A stretch of 64,000 nucleotides of DNA from Botryllus schlosseri (taxonomy: Eukaryota). Below the pieces are notes generated by a model that searched no databases, was not told the DNA's origin, and saw nothing but the letters and a program-made list of their open reading frames with translations. Below are positions 1 to 11,900 of the stretch, piece by piece (position 1 is the stretch's first letter; the number at the start of each line of letters is the position of its first letter). The stretch lies in contig CM119381.1 of the NCBI GenBank assembly GCA_051294905.1, positions 16,864,001-16,928,000 on the forward strand, read 5' to 3'. The translations under genes and the position numbers were made by a program.

Positions 1-443
1 TTCATGTAGCATAATAGTTAGCGATACAGTGATATCACTGCTATGAATTGCTTATATTTAGCTGACAGCAAAAGCTCGTATGCAGATGTTCATATCATAT
101 ATCGTATAGCTATATTATGCTATTATGTTTCTAAAGAAATTCCACAGAAAAATCATGACAACAACTTGTGTGTGCACAATGCCAAATATAACGAAGTTTA
201 TTTCTGTTAATATGTCGTGGATAAAATTCCTAAATCAATTTACAAAGACGCGTGGAGAATTGCAGAATGCTGTGCTGAATCATTAACGCAACTGCGTGCT
301 CAGCGAGTTTTCACGTTCCCATTGCGGCAAGTTCGATTTTATAGAAACTTTTGCCTTCGATGACAATCAAGAAACTATACGTGAAAGCAAGCTAGTCCTT
401 GCTCCCGTAAACCAATTATGTTCATAAATTGAATACACTCAAC

Positions 444-1126
444 TGTTTTTCGACCGTTGATATTGTGGAAGAAAATACTCCGCTTCCTATTCCATCGCTG
501 AAAAAGTACGCCATCGACAGAAGTGCTAAGGAGCATCTTGGTGATGCGAATCGTTGGAACATCGGCATCAATAATCTGAAATTTAAACTTGACAGGAATA
601 TTCTATTTTGTGACGAAGACCGACTACAGTACAATGCTGACTAATCTGTATAATTAGAGATGTCGAATATAGCTGATGATTTATATCGTATAGGCGATCA
701 GAATATATTGTTAATCTATAGCCTAGCTACATTGCGATTTTCTTCATGGACGAGTTTCAGCTACAAATCAACAGATGTTACCCTGTTATAGTATTATCCC
801 GTCACTGGCTTATAATAAAACAATATCGTTTTAAAAAAATTATACGCCGCATTTGTCAATGTGGATACTGTGAAGTTTGACTTTTGTTTACTTAGATGTA
901 AACGTAGCCTACCTAAGAATCTGAATAAAATTATACTTTAACCGTATTTCTTATCGCTTAAACTTGAGAAAGGAACATACCTGTCGTCACGAAAAGGTAT
1001 TTTTAACCCACAAGATGTATCCTCCTTAAAATCTGAGGTCACCATATTGTCGGACGGCAAGGGCATCTTCTCCGATTCTTCGGTCACGTCGATAACTCCA
1101 TGACCTTCCTCCACAATGACATCCAT
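444..1126 (-). CDS. SLCO: SLCO/OATP organic anion transporter paralog B, 5' part only (coding exons 981-1126 and 444-575); continues beyond the left window edge
   Basis: Exon 1 MDVIVEEGH...KIPFRDDR ends at donor GTATGT (980). Exon 2 (R)LLMPMFQRFASPRCSLALLSMAYFFSDGIGSGVFSSTISTVEKQ is OATP TM1. Exon lengths (146, 132 nt) and phases are identical to exons 1-2 of the complete paralog at 14323-15219. Confidence 0.85.
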
Positions 1127-1811
1127 GTCCGATGCGATCTCGATAAATTCGATAATCCCGAGTACAGCTTTCTGCGGCCAGCTGTGTGTATCTCATTAGC
1201 GGTTATCTTTGATATCGGCTCTGTAAATTTTAATCTTACTACTCGCTTCTTGATTTTCTCTCTAGTAAAATTGGATTTTTGTGTCACGGGACGCCGCACT
1301 TTTCAAAAAATGCGCAATTAAACTGCGATTCCCCCAACATTAATAGGCAGCCGGACATTTCATTTCCGCTGATCATTAGTCAACACCCCGTAATCCGGCT
1401 TCTCACAAGTGATCTCTCTCGCGAGGAGAAATCAGATTTCAGCCGATGCAGACACTTACAGTAGACGAGATGGATAATAGTGTCCAGTCCTATACGTCGA
1501 TGGCTAGTTTCCTACTCATCTGATTCGACACACGAGTGATCTCACACGGCCGTTACGGACTCGATCTCACTATATACAAATTACGTTCAAACCACGAAAG
1601 TCTCTAATATGAATGTCCTAATCCCCGTAGATGTATACAAATTATCTGTAAAACGAAGGAGACATTTTGCGCAGCATAGATTTCATCAAATCATTCTCCG
1701 CTTCTCGAAAACGCGCTCTTCATACTGGCGTACTAACTTCATAAAGCTAGCTTCACTTGATTAATAGTATCGTGTATGTATTTTTGGGAGTATTTGTACA
1801 CAATTAGTTTG

Positions 1812-1838
1812 TTCTCTCTTTCTCTCCTCTCCCTCTCT
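1812..1838. repeat. imperfect (CT)n microsatellite
   Basis: ttctctctttctctcctctccctctc read directly. Confidence 0.7.
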
Positions 1839-2959
1839 TATCAAGCATTGATGGCTCCGATTAAGTATTACAGTCCAATTGCGCTAAATGTTATACTCAT
1901 TAGTAGCCATTATAATTTTAGTTGCTAATTTATTTACAGGGTGAGTTTATTCGTTCCTGAAGTAGTAAGTAGCCACACTGCTAAATAGTCTATACTTCAG
2001 TTGAAATAGTTTGGGCTATTTGTTGCTTGAACATTGGTATTTTCATCATGTAAAACCAGGTGGTAGAAAGTAGTTCACAGCATCATCGCAAAAGATACCC
2101 CCAAAACGGGGATGGGGACGCATACTACAATTGCGCAGTTCTAATAGGGTATATAAGATACAAAGGCGACCAAAAACAGAACAGAAGAGTTGTAGGCTAT
2201 ACAATGCACAATTGCACATGCGGCAGGAGTCTACGAAACACTCGACAATCAATGCGACGATTAGAGACCTCGCAGCTGTATCACCTATAGCCGGTAGTTT
2301 CGTTCAACACTAAAAAGTCATGTTAACACTGGAGCAAATATACGATAAACATACCGTCGAAGAGCTAAGTAATAATATAACTCAATTCGAAAACTGGCTT
2401 CAGTATGAACAGCGGCGTTTCTTATAACGTTTCGGTAAATTATAGGCAGTATGAACAGCGTTAGTTACGGCGAATAATTTGAAATTGGATACTCCAATAT
2501 GAAGTGGGTCTGGACGCCAGAAGGCCTACAAGTTCTCCCCGGCTTAGCTTGGCAATCGTACACCATCAAACGCATCCATTAGCTACTAATTTGTTAAAAC
2601 TGAGTGCTATATCATTCCTCATGAACAATTTGGCCTCCAGGCCTTTGATTGCTCTCGCGAATAGCTGGTTCTATGATACCACTAACGGAAGTTTGTGCAA
2701 TCATAGAAACGCAATATCTACTTAATGAAGGGAGCACTTCCATGCGCATGACAGAATTGATTAACGTATACCGGTCGCCATATATTCGAGTGCAAACTAT
2801 AAAAACACTGTCACTATTATAGAGATTTCTTAATGGTAAAAGTGAAAATTCCGGAGGATTGTCCACATGAGATTTTCCAGAAATTGTTCGTAAACCCTAG
2901 ATAAGTTTGTTATAAATCAAGCATGTGTTTTATACAATAGCCTATAAACATGTTAATTT

Positions 2960-5900
2960 CTATGTTCCTCCTTTTGCCGTCGATATCTCGATATTTAGTT
3001 GTTCTTTAACTGTCGTGTGCTGATTCGATCTTCTTCGTTCCACGGTAACCGCGTACAACAGAACGGCTACGATACAAATCTGCGAATGATCACAATGGAT
3101 GCTGGCTACGGCCGAACGTAATTGCACTAGGGACAACCCACTTTTCCCGTCGTCATGAGTATCGTTAGGTTCCGGGTCACGAGTCCCGAATCGTATACCC
3201 GACAAGCGCCCACCGCACCGCACTCCGTGCTCCAAATCAAACACGACTTGTCAAACACTACGCCGAAAGTAAGCCGTCCGATGATTCTTCCAAACAGGAG
3301 TTGAACTACTCTCTGAAATAGGACCAGTACATTAGGGTTACCATATTTTTGTGAAGCAAATTCCGGACACTCTTTAGCGCCCACTAGCGGATTTTTAAAT
3401 GAGGTGTAACACATTGTCCGGCAATAGGACGCCACACTAGCAAAGCATTTCCCATCGACTGTATACACCAGCGGTGTCAAACTCAACTTGCGTCGCGGGC
3501 CGGACTGAAACAGTCAGAGCACCCGCGGGACGGACGAGTCAAATGGTTCCAAAATGTTACCTCAAAATCTATGCCCTTGTTTTTCACTTGAATACTCAAA
3601 TATCAAGCCTATGCACATGAAAATATATTACGGACCATATGGTTCTATTCTATCAACACCTTTATTAGCAAACAATGGAATTGGCAGAATTACGTTGAAT
3701 ATGTTTTATAAATTGCTAAATCAGCGGCGTTATACCGACGATGTATGTTGGCAAATTGCTATGATTTCTTTGATTTAGTCATAATCTGGCGGCATGATCC
3801 TGTATAGTAATTGTGAGGAATACAAGTGATTTAACCGTAAACGCAGACGTTGAAATTTTGTTCATTATTATTATATCGTGATTTGCGAAATCGCCATTTA
3901 TTAGAAATGTGCTGAAGATGTGCCATTTTCCAGAATCGCGTCGCGGGTTGGATGAAACCGTCTGACACCCCTGGTATACACTATACATGAATGGAGTGGA
4001 ACATAGGTCATGACTTGAGCCATCTGTAATGTGAGCTCTGGAGATTGCTACTTGCTAGGGTCTGCAATAGATTCCTCCACGGGTCGGATGAAATCGTCTG
4101 GCTGTCCGTGTCTGGCCTGTCAGGATTGTGTTAGTTACGTCGGTGCGGCTATCTGGCTACGTGTTTTAATCACGTCCGAAACAACATTTTTTCTGCCCCC
4201 TTCCGCTTAAAAAAGCACTGATCTTGGGCTCACCATAGGGTAGTCGATGTAACTTGTTGGGCACTGACTACATGCATTTGGCTGTTACATTTTCTGTATG
4301 AATTCCGTCAATACTATTGATTCTTTCATTTATTAGGCTATATTGTTTATGTTGATTTACAAAAAACTTATGAGCATGCTTCAAGCCTTCAAAATTCCGG
4401 ACATTTAGGCATATTTTAGAAATTCCTCCCGGACGCAGATTTTTAAGTGAAATTCCGGACATGTCCGGGAAATTCCGGACGTATGGCAACCCTACAGTAC
4501 ATGCATGGTGAATGGTATACAACTTTATATGACAGCCCGTCCAATAGGGGTGTATTTAAATTGATTAGTATTGATAGTGTGGTATTAATGTTATTGTTAC
4601 GGCCACCAACAGTCTGGTACTCAGTACGTTGAATGAACACTTGGTGGACACGTGACACAGCATGTCTCTCTGAAAACAGCTGTCGTATCTTCGATAAATC
4701 TACATTGTACGGTACATTCTACCTACAATATTAGGCCTTCCTCACTATGCGCCACAAATCAAGATTTATCAAGTGTAGTTTTATTCTTTTACATCTATCA
4801 AAATCCAAATAGGCCATTATTAACAGGGAGCATCAGTTTCCTCTGCGGTCGCATTTGAACTAAGGCTCAGATTGCAAGGACATGACTAGGCTATTTCACG
4901 CCGACTTACGAGCAATGGACAGATATTGAAGGTTATTTCGATCAACATACGGCATTCGATTTCCGCCAAGGTGTTCTGGTCGCCGACCATTTTGGCAGCA
5001 CACTTCGCAGAATGGCCGGCACCGAAATGTCGGAGCCAAATAATCATGTACCCACAAGCTGCACGTACACGTACTTCTTGAACCAAATCAGCCCAGGGGC
5101 CTTAAGCGATATTAGGAATACACAATTCTATCATAATTGCGAATGCAGCTGGAGTCTTCTGTAAATCATGCATATTGTTTGCCTAAGGGAGTATACACTA
5201 TACATATATCAAAATAAAGAAATTTGTCGAAAACAGATCGCGCCAAGCGCGAAGAAAAATTTCAAGTTGAATATATTTCTCTCAAAGCTTCTCTATACTG
5301 CATCATAAATTACAGAACAATTTTGGGCCCTCTTTGAACCCTCCTCAATTATGGGATTTGGGGTCTGGCTGTTACGGCCCTGATTATCACTGACGAGACG
5401 TAGACGTACGCCAGTACACCAGGGTGAACAGCTGAACATATGAAGAGAAGACACGCCATAATTATAGTCAATAAAATTGCAGCTTTCAACTGTTCATATT
5501 GGCTACACCCATGGCCTCATAATCCAACTCTCTCGTACATTGCGTTTCAAGAATCATATATCACCTGAACGCTGATTGCAGTCGTCCGTTCATCGAACGC
5601 TACCGAGCGCATAGCTGCTTGAGTGCTTGGCGTTACTAGGTGAAAGGCGCTAAGGAACGATAGAAACACGAGCGTGATGAGCAATGGGAATTCCGGACAG
5701 CTTTCGGTAATGCAATTCGTTGAGGAGACCGTGGTTGTAATGTTCTTTCCGATAAGACACTCGCAATCGGACGCGACCTGCGAAAGGTCATAACTGTTAT
5801 ACTGATTGTTACTGCAATGCACTCTGTTGTGGAACCTGAAATTACCAACTGTTCTTCCTTCTTCCTATAGAATAGATAACTAACCTAGGGATAGATGCGC

Positions 5901-8900
5901 AACACGTGCCTGTACAGTTGGGGAACCAGGTATAGGGCTAGCAAAGTCTCGTGGAATTGTAAACAAATATGGTAATCTTATAGCTTGCGGACCGACCGCA
6001 CACTGCAGTTTATCATATCACCAAATCTGTGGTAATAGCCTATGTTAGATGTGTAATTGGATGTGTGTTGTGATGGTAGATTTTAGTTTTTATGACTTTG
6101 CGTAAATTTTTAAGGCTCACAGGTTATCGTGTTTCTCCGTGTTCGTAAAGGTTAACAACCTCTAATTTCTAAATTCTGATGTCTTTGTTTTTAAAATGTT
6201 ACAATGATAAACTACGCCATTTGGGTCTTCCTGGGCGCCTGTCTAAAGTGTCTGAGACTAGCGTTCGGGTTTGATAACATGTTATCATATGACGTCATAG
6301 TTTTCGCGCGGGAGAATTATCACACGCGAACCGGACAACTGCTTGGAACCTCTGAGGTAGAATATCAGCTTCTTGAAAGAGATCGTGAGATAATGTGTTT
6401 TCACTAAGGCGTTTCCGTAAGTTATGAAAACACAATAACTTTACTGAAAATTCGTCTTGCGTTTGGCAGCCGGCGTGACACGGGGAGAAATATAATGAGC
6501 CGTCGTCGTCGCAAACAGGATTGTAATTTTCCGTCGTACAGTGACATTGAGCGTTGCAGGGTCCATCGATAGCAATGGTTCCGTTCTGGTTTATGATACC
6601 AAGCTCTGAAAAGAGCACAGTATACCTACCTTACCAGTGATGGTGAGTAACGAAGAATGTTTGCATTTTCAAAGTGCTCAAGTCGGTTTTACCAACATAC
6701 ACTAGTTACTCAAGTAGTTATGTTTGTAGACTACTTTTCCGCCTATACTGAACAGTTTATTTGGACAAAACTACGTCCTTTTGCACCAGTGGTTCTTAAC
6801 CTTGTCTCCAGCGCCCCCAGGGGGCGATTTGGATTTTGTAGGGGGCGGAAACACTCAGGGGACGAAATTGGGGAGAGCTGGGCTCAGGGGGCAATATGGG
6901 GGGCGTTCAAGAAAAATGGCATCACAGTAGATGGTGTTGTAAGGACATATGATTATATAGTAGAACAATAGTACGATATATCCCTGAATTCTCTTTTCAA
7001 ACTCACATTCGATAAACTCAAATCACGAAGTTTTTCGTTGCGCTCATCGCGAAATATCTACGATATTTCCATGAATGCAGTGGTTTATTTTAATTCATGT
7101 AAAATGAATTTGGCGTACTTTGGGATTGCCAATTCCCCATTAAAACACTCCCGTCAGCTACTCCAAGTCGTTTCGACACCTTTCTATCTTTTCATTGTAT
7201 TGCAGTTTTGTGGTGTTTTGAAATGATAAAAATAATAATAAACTGATTCTTATACTGATAGCGCGGATTATTTTCCACAAAATGTTTTCAACTAGGTATT
7301 GTATCCTGCAGCGCATGCACTGCGTGTCGAAAGCGAAAAGGCACTGTAGTGACTGTACTGTACAACTTTTGAGAGTGATGCCCTTTGTATATTAAAGATG
7401 TTTTGAAGCTTTTAGGCCACAGTGATTAACTAAATATACTTGTATTTGAGAGGTATTAAATGAAATCGTCAGAATCTTTTTTCATCGTATCATAGAGGAT
7501 GATACTGCTTAGTGTTGTTACCGACATTCATGTTAAAATTAAGAGATTGATGCAGTATTAAATTTAATGCAAATAAATCTCTACCACATTTTCAGTTGAT
7601 TCAAGTAGTCACACAAAGCGATACAGCAAAACCAAATACAATTAACTTTCCCGTATTGCCAATCGCAGAGAAGAGTTTGTGATGTGTACATCGGACTCGA
7701 ACCAAATGCTATGAACCAGTATAGGCCCTTCCTGATGGCTGTTATAACAGCCTGGATTTATTCCTGAAAATAGCACATACAATTACACCGTAAATTAGTC
7801 GAGGGGTCTAATAGTGAAGTACCAACCCGAAACCGGACTTCAACCGCTTACCAATTGTTTTTTACTACAGTACTGAACATAGGAGACGCCATACCCTAGC
7901 AATTTTTAAAAGACGACGCTGGAGAAAAGTGAAAAGTACCTTTGGGATAGGCTTGCATCATATTTAGCATCATTAGACATTTTGCGTTAGTCGCAAAGAT
8001 GCATCCTGCAATTTCACAGTGGCCACCACCGATTTACTGCCACATATATATGTAAGCTCCCAACCAAGTCTACTTTTGTAATAACTTAATTTAGTACTTT
8101 TCAGATCTTTCATTTTCTATTCCCACTCGAAGTAGCTATAGATAAGTCCTGTGTAATTGCTGTACTTCTACATGTAATTGAGTAGGAAACAATGGTATTC
8201 AGCGACGTAACAAACTAATAGAAACTCAAAAGTTTGCGAAAACGAGGAATGCTTTTTGCCATACTCTGGTAAAACCACGCACCGTATATAGCCCTACTAA
8301 TTTTGAGTAAAACTGCTTGAGAATACGCGCAAACGTTCCCAGCAACATCTTAAAACCACTTGGTATGGTATAACTCTCTATATATAATGGTGTATCTCTA
8401 CTTGCTTTTTTCTGGACAGCGGATTAGAAATCCGAATGAAAACGCGAAAGATAGCACGCTGCATGCTAGCATGAGCTGCAATATTCCTTTCAGAGTTAGT
8501 CTGAACTTTGATATCAACGCTCCGCCCGAAATATACCCCAACACCGCTGAGATAATGCATATCGATCCTGCGAAAGAATTGCACGCACGTAATAAGTTAG
8601 AAGAGCAGGCGTTAAAAGATATATTCTCTGCACATTGCTTACCTAGTCCCATGGAAGCTGTTGCTTCCGACATGCCATATAAATCAACTCCGATTTTGAC
8701 TGCATAAGTCATGAAGCCAAAGGTGATGCATGCGTAGATTGTATCTGCTAGAGTTATTGCAATGAATAACTTATTAAATGATAGAGATAGAAGCCTGCAA
8801 AACAATGGTTTCTTTATGGTCCAAATGTAGTTTTTGTTTCTCTACTGTTTCAAATGAGTGTTTTGATGCTTTCTTCAAAATTAACAACCACAAGCGTACT

Positions 8901-11900
8901 CATGATGAAAATTTGGAAAGGTTGCGAAATGACGTCACAGCGCATTACTTCGTTACAGCTCATTACGTCACTATATCCAAATAAAAAATTTGGCAGATGT
9001 AAAGAGGCCTCCCCCCCCCCCCCCCCGACTACGTCGGTGCTTACACTATCATTAACCTGCGTATTGTTTATTATTATTATTATTATTTATCATTCATATG
9101 CAATGCTTGAAGAAGACAGATTACAGAGTTGCGGTAAATGAAGAATTGGCGAGGGTTGCAGAGGTAGAGATGATTGAAATTAACAAATCGAAATTACAGA
9201 AATTATGCTGTGATTTTCGAATAATATTATTATTATTTTCTTAATTCACAATAAAACAGGTAATGCTCACATAATCTGGAAAGCAACCTGCCCCCAGAGG
9301 AAAATGGCAAGAGTGGAGTAATTTTTAAACAAATCAGTAATGCAGTCAAATTGTTATTCCTAAGCAATACTTGAAGAGGTCAGATTACAGAATTGTGGTA
9401 GATGAAGAATTGGCAAGAGTTGCAGAGCAGAGGTAGAGATGATTGAAAATGAAGAATCAAAATTACAGAAAGTATGCTTTTATTCACGCGCGCAAGTGTA
9501 ATTCTAGTCCAGTGGTGCATTCAAGGCCTTCCGATGCACAGTGACCAATAACGTAATCTATTGGATCATGTCGAATCGAACGTTGCCCGGAATCTGTTGG
9601 ATGTGTCTCATTACTTTCTTTGCTTACGACCTCTGTAGCGCCAATGACGATTATTATTATTATTATTAATAACCCTCACGTCTGGTGTCAAAGTCATTCG
9701 CGATAGCCGTTCCATTCCATGCAAAAAAACAGATGTCATTTGCTGGTTGTTACAATAGGCTATTTATTGCAGTTCGCCAGACATGGTATCGTTCTTGGAA
9801 ACGCAGCATAGTAAAACATACCTAGATACCACTCCCGATGAGGAGATGCGAGGATCTTTTCTCCTTATCTTGTGTTCCCTATTTCTCCTTGCGTTTCCAG
9901 GTCGCGATAAATTGCTTGGCAGTAGAATTACAGGGAACACAAGAAGCAGTATAGCGGCTGCTCCGCCTATGAAACAAATCCACCAAGCTCCTACCCATAG
10001 AGAGTTGCTATTTATGATCGGAACGCTGGGAAAGAACACAAAATCGGAATGAACGCGTCACTTACTGGATCCGACAGAATTATAACGGCGGTATTCGAGG
10101 CCGACCGATATCATAATTTGGAGCCGATACCGATATCGCTAATATGACATATCTTTGCTGATATCAAAACTAGACATAAGCCACTCGGCCTATTTCAACT
10201 AGGACTTCTAATTAATACATATAAGTAAAGTAGTGTCAACAGCCGTTTTAAGTTAGTCATGAAGAACTATACTTACTTGAGTACTGGTCAAACCTTTCAT
10301 TTTCCACTTCCACTTGAAGTAGTTTTGTCATGATTTGAAAATTGCTATTTCTACTCAATTTACGGGCTACTTCAACTTCTACTGTAGAGTATAGCAATGC
10401 TGACTACGTCAACCACCTCGATACATCCTACGCTTTATATTCATTTATTTACATTATGACTCCATATGAGTAAGAAACTATAGTTGACACTTCAGTATAT
10501 AAACGAATATCGTGCAGCAGGGAAAATAACTTTTCTGCTTTTTCACCCATGGGTGGTACCATACTATGGTATTCACAAATCAACCTCACAGTAATGATAA
10601 GCCTCTCAGATGGTAGAGTGATAACTAGGGCGATTTTTTTGACCTAAAAAACGGAAGATTTTGGCTTAAAAATCAAACTTTTTACATTTTTTGACCTTAA
10701 AAATCTTAATTTTAACCGAATTTTACCTAGCGTATGCAAATTAGGTGTTTTCCCACATAATGTTAGAATTGCACCACTTATCTTCATTTCTGGCTGGAAC
10801 TCTGTCCTTACGAAGTAGTTTGGCCTAAGAAAAATTTCAACGAATTCTGGCCCTATGAAGAATTCCATTAGTTACATTACGCATTATGGTAGAAATAATT
10901 TAAAAAAATTGTAGTACAACGAAAGATACTTTCCAACATTCTCGGGTAGAATGTGTCTGTCCTTACTAGGTAGCTTTTCAAGAATGGAGAAAGAACGTTC
11001 AACTGCAGCAGTTGTTGACTGACAACTCTGAAGTTGTGTGACTGTGCGTACACTTCTGGTGACAAACCGTGTTGCTTCATTCTGGCAATTGTGTCTACAT
11101 CGCAATCTTTCATCGTGCGCTTCTTGATATAAGAACTAGGGATGGTGTGAACGTAAGGTTCACGTTCGCGTTCTGTGAGTGACCCTCAGAAATTTAGAGG
11201 CTCACGTTCACAAACGAACCTTGGTAGGTTCTGCACTGTGAACCTTTTTTCATATATTAACCTTCTCATTTCAAATATATTTGGTTGAAATTTATTGTAT
11301 TTCAACTGCGGGTCACTATAAAAAAAATCAGCATTAAACAAACATGCACCTTGAAAATCTCAAAAGTTTGCTCGAATATTTAGTGACTCTCTGCTGTGAG
11401 CTTATGATCCGCAATGACATAACATCAAGAGCGAAATACACTATACATGTAGGTAGTCAGCGAATGATACTTATTGAACCAATCAATGAAGTTAATATCG
11501 TTGTCAAATGTAAAACAAATCTAGCAGGCGTGTGAGGTCAATCTTGATTTCATTTTAGTGTAGGCTTACCATACGTCCTCTTTTAAGAGGATTTGTCCTC
11601 TTTTTTGACTTTTATGAAAGTGTCCTCGGAAGACACCCTTTTGTCCTCTTTTTTGAGATTTTGTCCTCTTTTTTGAGAATTTAGGTCAATTTTATAGCAA
11701 ATTGCGAGTGATATGCCGCAAATTAGTACAGAAGTGAAGCTCCGGCGGGTATTTCGGAGTGAAAAATGGTGATTTTAGCTCTGAGCGAAAAGATGACCTT
11801 TTTTTTAGTCATCCACCTGGCAATGTGGAGAGAAAAACGGTATTTTGAGCTCTGAGCGGAAGAGACGACCTTTTTTTTTTTTAGTCAACCGATCACAAAG

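Noticed and set aside
429-644. Similar plus-strand ORFs at 429-644 and 14251-14466
   Set aside because: They are antisense to SLCO exon 2. The minus frame encodes OATP TM1 with proper splice sites and explains the conservation.
1084-1299. Apparent conserved upstream ORF overlapping the SLCO start codons
   Set aside because: It has no ATG. Differences between paralogs fall 6/12/14 across codon positions, which shows no third-position bias, and stops or frameshifts differ between copies.
7640-7770. Candidate extra SLCO exon (INPGCYNSHQ..)
   Set aside because: It has no OATP similarity and does not remove the need for a phase-1 donor at 8405; direct joining matches the family spacing.
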